Below are positions 59,019-64,000 of a stretch of DNA of 64,000 nucleotides, in pieces (positions within the stretch are counted from its first letter, which is position 1; every line of letters begins with the position of its first letter). The stretch comes from Chitinophagales bacterium (GTDB taxonomy: Bacteria; Bacillota; UBA5301; DYFA01), in NCBI GenBank assembly GCA_050260095.1, contig JBLNBQ010000061.1, positions 7,261 through 71,260 of the forward strand. Reading direction: 5' to 3'. The notes under the pieces were generated by a model that was not told where the DNA came from, searched no databases, and worked only from the letters and a program-made list of their open reading frames with translations. The position numbers and the translations under genes were made by a program.

Positions 59019-60008
59019 GTGGTTTGGCTGATCGCCGTCTTCGCCTTCATCGCCGCGACCGCCTTCATGCTGCTCCTTTTCTCCGCGCCGGCGGCCGACC
59101 ACAAGCGGATGCGGGAACGGCTGCGCCGTTTCGTCGAGGAGGCGCCCGTGAGCCCGGCCGAAGCGGCGCTCATGGATGAGGCCCGGCGGCGGGGGAAGGT
59201 GGACAAGACGCCCCTGCGGCAACTCCTGAGGGTCGTCAGCCGGGCGTTCGACGCCAAGGCGCCGGCCAAACGCCTTCAGACCGAGTTGGAGCGGGCCGAC
59301 ATCCTGCTCAAGGGCTCCGAGTTCATGGTCATCCAGTTCCTGGTCGCCGGGGCGTTGGCTCTGGCCGGAATCATCATCACCAAGGGAAACCTGCTCGCGG
59401 CCTTGGCTGGGCTGGGAGTGGGCTGCCTCTTGCCCCGCACGTACCTGAAGCGGCGGCAGGCGTCCCGCCAGAAGGCGCTCGGGGGGCAGGTGGCCGAGTC
59501 GCTCACCGTCATCTCGAACTCGCTCAAGGCCGGGTACTCCTTCCTCCAGGCGGTCGAAATGGTGTCGAAGGAGATGCCGCCGCCCATCTCCGTGGAGTTC
59601 GGCCGCCTGATCCGGGAGGTCTCCTTAGGCGTCTCGACGGAGACCGCACTCGAAGCGCTGGCGCAAAGGTCGGGGAACGACGACCTCGACCTGGTCATCA
59701 CCTGCGTGCTGATCCAGCGCCAGGTCGGCGGCAACCTCTCCGAGATCCTGGACACGATCGCGCACACCATCCGGGAGCGCATCCGCATCAAGGGCGAGAT
59801 CAAGACGTTGACGGCGCAGGGACGGTTCTCCGGCATGGTCGTCTCCCTTCTGCCCTTTGCCCTGGGCGGGATGATCTGGGCGATCAACCCCCAATACGTG
59901 AACCAGCTTTTCACTCACCCCCTGGGCCAGAGCATGCTGGTCTTCGCACTCATCTCCGAGGTGATCGGGGCACTGGTCATCCGGAAGGTCACCGATATCG
60001 AGGTGTAA
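59019..60008 (+). CDS. tadB: TadB inner-membrane platform protein (T2SSF domain)
   Basis: GspF-like cytoplasmic domain flanked by TM segments. Confidence 0.8.
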   Translation: MVWLIAVFAFIAATAFMLLLFSAPAADHKRMRERLRRFVEEAPVSPAEAALMDEARRRGKVDKTPLRQLLRVVSRAFDAKAPAKRLQTELERADILLKGSEFMVIQFLVAGALALAGIIITKGNLLAALAGLGVGCLLPRTYLKRRQASRQKALGGQVAESLTVISNSLKAGYSFLQAVEMVSKEMPPPISVEFGRLIREVSLGVSTETALEALAQRSGNDDLDLVITCVLIQRQVGGNLSEILDTIAHTIRERIRIKGEIKTLTAQGRFSGMVVSLLPFALGGMIWAINPQYVNQLFTHPLGQSMLVFALISEVIGALVIRKVTDIEV

Positions 60009-60011
60009 GCC

Positions 60012-60944
60012 ATGTTGCCCCTAGCTATCGCAGCGATGGCGTTCGTGACGGTCAGCCTCGTGCTCTTCGTGGCCTTGGGCGGGGTGGAGGACGATCGCCA
60101 GCGGATCGCCCGCCGTCTGGCGCAACTCGACTCGCTCGAAGGTCCCGCCTACAGCGAGCGGGACAAGGAACTCCGCGTCCCTCTGGTCACCCGGCTGACC
60201 CGGCCGGTGGTGGCGGAACTGGCTCGCCTGGTGGGCCGGTTCACCCCCAAGGGGATGCGGGAAGACATCCGCAAGCGTCTGGCCGCCGCCGGGAACCCCG
60301 GCGGGATGCAGGTCCAGGACTTTCTGGCCTTGAAGGGCCTTCTCTCGCTCGCGCTGCCGCTCGGCCTCTTCCTGCTCCTGGTGCGGGCCAACCCCACCAC
60401 GGCAGCCTTGCTGGCGGCGGTGGGGTTCGGCTTCGGCAACATCCTGCCCGACCTCCTGATCAAGTCGGCCCTGCAGAACCGGCAGAAACAGATCCAGAAG
60501 GCGCTCCCCGATGTCCTCGACCTGCTGACCGTCAGCGTGGAGGCAGGGCTGGCCTTCGACTCCGCCATCGCCAAGGTGGTGGAGAAACTGAAGGGGCCGC
60601 TGGCCGAGGAGTTCACCCGGATGCTCCAGGACATCCGCATGGGCATGCCCCGGCGGGACGCGCTCCGGGAGGTCTCGAACCGAACCGACGTGGCCGACCT
60701 GAACACCTTCATCTCGGCGCTGATCCAGGCGGACACCCTGGGCGTAAGCATCAGCAACGTCTTGCGCATCCAGTCGGAGCAGATGCGATACAAGCGGAAG
60801 CAGCGTTCGGAGGAGGCAGCCATGAAAGCCCCGATCAAGATGCTCTTCCCGCTCATGATCTTCATCTTCCCGACGATCTTCGTCATCCTGCTCGGCCCCG
60901 CCGCCATCCAGGTGATCAACACGTTCAGCCAGATGGGCAAGTAG
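60012..60944 (+). CDS. tadC: TadC inner-membrane platform protein (T2SSF domain)
   Basis: GspF-like domain, C-terminal TM. Adjacent to tadB. Confidence 0.8.
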   Translation: MLPLAIAAMAFVTVSLVLFVALGGVEDDRQRIARRLAQLDSLEGPAYSERDKELRVPLVTRLTRPVVAELARLVGRFTPKGMREDIRKRLAAAGNPGGMQVQDFLALKGLLSLALPLGLFLLLVRANPTTAALLAAVGFGFGNILPDLLIKSALQNRQKQIQKALPDVLDLLTVSVEAGLAFDSAIAKVVEKLKGPLAEEFTRMLQDIRMGMPRRDALREVSNRTDVADLNTFISALIQADTLGVSISNVLRIQSEQMRYKRKQRSEEAAMKAPIKMLFPLMIFIFPTIFVILLGPAAIQVINTFSQMGK

Positions 60945-60949
60945 AGGTA

Positions 60950-61321
60950 ATGGTCATGAAACGGTTCAGCGTCACCAACGCGACCACGGGGGCCTGCCTG
61001 GCCGACCGGGCAGCCCTGGCAGGGAGTTTCTTCGCCCGGCTGCGCGGGCTGCTCGGACGGGAGCGGCTCGAGGAGGGGGACGGCCTCATCCTCCGCCCGT
61101 GCAACAGCGTGCACATGTTCTTCATGCGCTTCGCCATCGATGTGGTCTTCCTGGACCGGGACGGGAAAGTGGTCGGGCTCTCCTACCAGCTTCCGCCGGG
61201 GGCCGTGAGCCCGCTCTTTCCCCGGGCCCGGCAGGCCGTCGAGCTTCCCGCGGGCACGCTGGGCCGCACCGGCACCAAGCTCGGCGACGTGCTGGTGCTC
61301 AGGGCTTGCGCGCCGGATTGA
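60950..61321 (+). CDS. DUF192-domain protein
   Basis: LRGLLGRERLEEGDGLILRPCNSVHMFFMRFAIDVVFLDRDGKVVGL matches the DUF192 core. Starts are possible at 60950 and 60956. Confidence 0.55.
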   Translation: MVMKRFSVTNATTGACLADRAALAGSFFARLRGLLGRERLEEGDGLILRPCNSVHMFFMRFAIDVVFLDRDGKVVGLSYQLPPGAVSPLFPRARQAVELPAGTLGRTGTKLGDVLVLRACAPD

Positions 61322-61440
61322 GCGCGGGCGCGCCTTTCGGGAGGAATCCCGCACCCCGCAAGCGAATGTCTCTTTCGTCTCCTGCGCGAGGCCTGCCGGC
61401 ATCCCCGGTGGGCCTTTTGTCATGCGGGGGGGGGTAGCGG

Positions 61441-63144
61441 GTGCCGGTGTACGACCAGTTGGAGACGGTCTGGGGGCTTGGGACGGCGGAGAATCGCGTT
61501 GCGGAAGTGAGGGTGACGGCCGAGGAGGGGCTCCTGCTGAGTTGGGCGCGGGAAAGGGGTCACGCGTGGGCCAAGCCGCTGGCGTACCCGTTGCCGGCGG
61601 CGCTGGCGGAGGCGCTGGGGGCCATCGCCCGGGCCGCCCTTGACCAGGGGGAAAGGCGAACAGAGCGACTCGGCGCGGCCCTGCGGCGGGAGCTGAAGCG
61701 GCGCGGGCTGCCGGGCCGCTTCGCCGCCGCCGCCCGCGACCTCCGGCGGGAGAGGGGGGAGGGGTTCCCCCCGGCCCAGGAGGTGTCGGCGGTGCGGGCG
61801 GCCCTCGACGGGAGGCGGCTCTTGGCCGCAGAAGTGGCTCGCTTCCTGCCCGCCGGGGTACAGCTCTTTCCCGAGCAGATCCTTCGCAGCTTGGAGTACC
61901 TTCGCCTGACGGGGGAGGTGACCGCGCAGCCCGCGGTCGTCTGGGACGGGGCCGGGTGGCGGTGCGGCCGGTGCGGCAGCCAGCGCATCCAGCCGGCTCC
62001 CTGTGCCACCTGCGGCGACCCGGCGTGCCCTCTCTGCTGCGACTGCAGCGTGCTGGGGGAGGCGCGCGGCTGCCGGCGCCTCTACGCCCGTCCCGGATCC
62101 CCCGCCGGCCATCGTCTGCCCAGCGTGGTGGACCGCGACCCGCCCCTTCCGGCGGCTCTCACCGCGGCCCAGCGCCGGGCCGCCGCGGCGCTGACCTCGT
62201 GGTTCCGCGCGGCGGAATCCCCTCCGGAACTGTTGCTCTGGGCGGTGTGCGGTGCGGGGAAGACCCTCGCCGTGCGGCCCCTGGTGGAGCTGGCCATCGC
62301 CAGCGGCTGGCGGGTGCTGTACATCTCCCCCCGCCGGGAGGTCATCCAGCAGGTGGCACCCGATCTTCCGGCCGGGGCGCTGACGCTCCTCACCACGCAT
62401 CAGGCGCTCAGGTGGGAAGCCGCCTTCGACCTGATCATCCTCGACGAGCCCGATGCGTTCCCCTACCGGGGAAATCTCCTGCTCGAGCAGGCCGTGCGCA
62501 GGGCCGGCCGGCCAGGCTGTCGCCGGGTCTACCTCACGGCCACGCCCGATTGCCAGATGTTGTCAGCCGTCGAGCGCGGGGAGATGGCCCAGGTGCTGTT
62601 GCCCGTGCGCCACCACGGCCAGCCGGTTCCGGTGCCGGAGATGCTCACGATGGAAGGGAGAAGTGAGGGGCGCCTCGGGCGACAAGGAGAAACCCGCCTC
62701 GCTGCCGAAATAATGACGAACCAAGACGATGAGCGGCGGAGCGTCCTTCTGTTCGCGCCCACGGTCGAGTTGTGCGCCGCGGCGCGCCGGGAGTTGGAAG
62801 CCTCCCTGGCGGCTTTGGGGAGACCTCAGCCGGTGTGGTGGGTCCATTCGGGCCACCCTGACCGGAAAGAACTGATAGGTGGCTTTCGGCGAGGCGAGTG
62901 CCGGGCGCTGGTGTCGACCTCGGTCCTGGAGCGAGGCGTGACGTTCCCCGGCGTCGACGTGATCGTCTTGCATGCGGACCATCCGCTCTTCGACCGGGTT
63001 GGCCTGGTTCAGATGGCGGGGCGCGCCGGGAGAACCGCAGGCGATCCGTTCGGGAGGGTCTGGTTCATCGGCGCCCGGGTGAGCGGCGAGATGCTGGCGG
63101 CCCGACACTGGATCACGGCGATGAACGAGGCGGCCCGCCGGTGA
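61441..63144 (+). CDS. comFA: ComFA-like DEAD/DEAH-box helicase (late competence)
   Basis: Cys4 cluster (CGRCG...CATCGDPACPLCC), Walker A CGAGKTL, ILDEPDAF, LTATP, QMAGRAGR. Followed by comFC. Confidence 0.75.
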   Translation: MPVYDQLETVWGLGTAENRVAEVRVTAEEGLLLSWARERGHAWAKPLAYPLPAALAEALGAIARAALDQGERRTERLGAALRRELKRRGLPGRFAAAARDLRRERGEGFPPAQEVSAVRAALDGRRLLAAEVARFLPAGVQLFPEQILRSLEYLRLTGEVTAQPAVVWDGAGWRCGRCGSQRIQPAPCATCGDPACPLCCDCSVLGEARGCRRLYARPGSPAGHRLPSVVDRDPPLPAALTAAQRRAAAALTSWFRAAESPPELLLWAVCGAGKTLAVRPLVELAIASGWRVLYISPRREVIQQVAPDLPAGALTLLTTHQALRWEAAFDLIILDEPDAFPYRGNLLLEQAVRRAGRPGCRRVYLTATPDCQMLSAVERGEMAQVLLPVRHHGQPVPVPEMLTMEGRSEGRLGRQGETRLAAEIMTNQDDERRSVLLFAPTVELCAAARRELEASLAALGRPQPVWWVHSGHPDRKELIGGFRRGECRALVSTSVLERGVTFPGVDVIVLHADHPLFDRVGLVQMAGRAGRTAGDPFGRVWFIGARVSGEMLAARHWITAMNEAARR

Positions 63145-63881
63145 ACGGGCTCGGCGGGAACTTGCTCGACCTGTTGTGGCCGGCGCCGCCGCTCTGCCCG
63201 GGCTGCTGGCAACCGGCTCCCCGCACGGAGCCGGGACGCCTGTGCCGCAGGTGCCGGGAGCGGCTGGTCGTGCTTCGCCCGCCGGTCTGCCGGCGGTGCG
63301 GCCGTCCGGCGGGCGGAGAGGACGAGTGCCGGCAGTGCGCCGGCCGCCCGCGGACCTTCGTGGAGGCCCGGGCGGCGGGCCCGTATGAGGGCGAACTCAA
63401 GCGGCTCGTTCACCGCTTCAAGTTCCGGCGGGAACTGGCGCTCAGGGAGCCACTCGGGCTGCTCCTGGCCGAGACCTTCCGGGCCTGGCCCGAACTCCGG
63501 GCGGCCGAGCTTCTGATTCCGGTGCCGCTCTCGGCCGAGCGACGGGCAGAGCGGGGCTTCAACCAGGCCGAAGAACTGGCCCGGGTGGCCGGTCGGGCGT
63601 TGCGGCTTCCCGCCGTGATGGATGCCCTCGTGCGGGAGCGAGGTGGCCCGGCGCAGTCCCGCCGCAGCCGGCATGACCGGGAGCGCGGCGCGGCCGGGGC
63701 CTTCCGGGTGGCCCGCCCCGGAGCGCTGGCCGGCGCCAGGGTCCTGCTGGTCGACGATGTGCTCACCACCGGGGCGACCGCGGAGGCCTGCAGCCAGGCG
63801 ATGCTGAAGGCGGGGGCCTCGCGGGTTTCGGTGTTGACCTTGGCGACCACCCTGGCGCACGGCCTGGGGGATTCGCCGTAA
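63141..63881 (+). CDS. comFC: ComFC-like phosphoribosyltransferase-family competence protein
   Basis: Double Zn-ribbon N-terminus (CPGC...CRRCRER...CRRCGRP...CRQC) and PRTase motif VLLVDDVLTTGAT. GTGA overlap with comFA. Confidence 0.75.
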   Translation: MNGLGGNLLDLLWPAPPLCPGCWQPAPRTEPGRLCRRCRERLVVLRPPVCRRCGRPAGGEDECRQCAGRPRTFVEARAAGPYEGELKRLVHRFKFRRELALREPLGLLLAETFRAWPELRAAELLIPVPLSAERRAERGFNQAEELARVAGRALRLPAVMDALVRERGGPAQSRRSRHDRERGAAGAFRVARPGALAGARVLLVDDVLTTGATAEACSQAMLKAGASRVSVLTLATTLAHGLGDSP

Positions 63882-63909
63882 GTCCACGCTTGTTTGGGAG
63901 GCACTCGAA

Positions 63910-64000
63910 GTGCAACTGCGCAACTGCGTCCGCTGCGGCAAGATGTTCATGTGCATCTCGAAACGGATCTGCCCCGCCTGTCAAGAGGAGATGGACAAGC
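63910..64000 (+). CDS. YvyF-like zinc-ribbon protein (TIGR03826, 'flagellar operon protein'), 5' fragment running off the window
   Basis: VQLRNCVRCGKMFMCISKRICPACQEEMDK. The Cys-x2-Cys...Cys-x2-Cys start resembles B. subtilis YvyF, and the comFA-comFC-yvyF order is conserved in Firmicutes. Confidence 0.4.
   Translation, partial: MQLRNCVRCGKMFMCISKRICPACQEEMDK

Overview
This 64 kb window has about 70 % GC and is almost entirely coding on the + strand. Most genes are linked by 1–4 nt start/stop overlaps, so they sit in long polycistronic operons. The content is dominated by outer-membrane (OM) biogenesis genes next to hallmarks of the Firmicutes lineage. This combination is what one expects from a high-GC diderm Firmicutes-like organism such as the Limnochordia, though that assignment is inferred from gene content only.

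Features in order:
- 1–5.6 kb: the C-terminal part of an OM β-barrel protein (partial), then an Lpt locus with an LptF/G-family permease, an LptD homologue whose reading frame is broken by one in-frame TAG, and LptC-like and LptA-like OstA-fold proteins.
- 5.7–9.2 kb: an unusual membrane protein with an N-terminal TM anchor, a ~620-aa extracytoplasmic coiled-coil-rich domain and a C-terminal 3-TM bundle, translationally coupled to an importer-type ABC ATPase.
- 9.2–18.9 kb: a lipid A operon (lpxC–fabZ–lpxA–lpxI–lpxB, a second LpxB-like GT19 gene, msbA, a sugar nucleotidyltransferase, a third LpxB-like GT19 gene).
- 18.9–20.4 kb: a disrupted DUF2461 gene and a convergent GT2 glycosyltransferase on the – strand.
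- 20.4–25 kb: a canonical lptC–lptA–lptB–lptG operon and a DUF3084 protein.
- 25–27 kb: a CA-rich repeat region, an OM β-barrel protein and a RuvX/YqgF-like nuclease.
- 27–32.1 kb: an F1-only ATP synthase operon (atpHAGDC) with no F0 genes next to it.
- 32.2–37 kb: an OmpM-like SLH + β-barrel OM protein, a secreted repeat protein and a second, smaller LptD-like protein.
- 37–47.5 kb: an O-antigen-ligase-family protein, a frameshifted NAD-epimerase, a SAM-I riboswitch in front of a metK with a His-rich tail, acpS, mtnP, a membrane protein, rmlACBD and a UgtP/MGDG-synthase-like GT.
- 47.5–61 kb: a DegS/DegU-like two-component pair followed by a complete Tad/Flp pilus locus (two tandem flp pilin genes, tadV, tadE, a tadG-like gene, a TolB-like β-propeller lipoprotein, cpaB, a cpaC secretin with a KAE-repeat insertion, a REC-fused cpaE, cpaF, tadB, tadC) and a DUF192 gene.
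- 61.4–64 kb: comFA, comFC and the start of a yvyF-like gene.

I found no rRNA, tRNA, CRISPR array or mobile element. Many long antisense ORFs in the track are GC-content artefacts.
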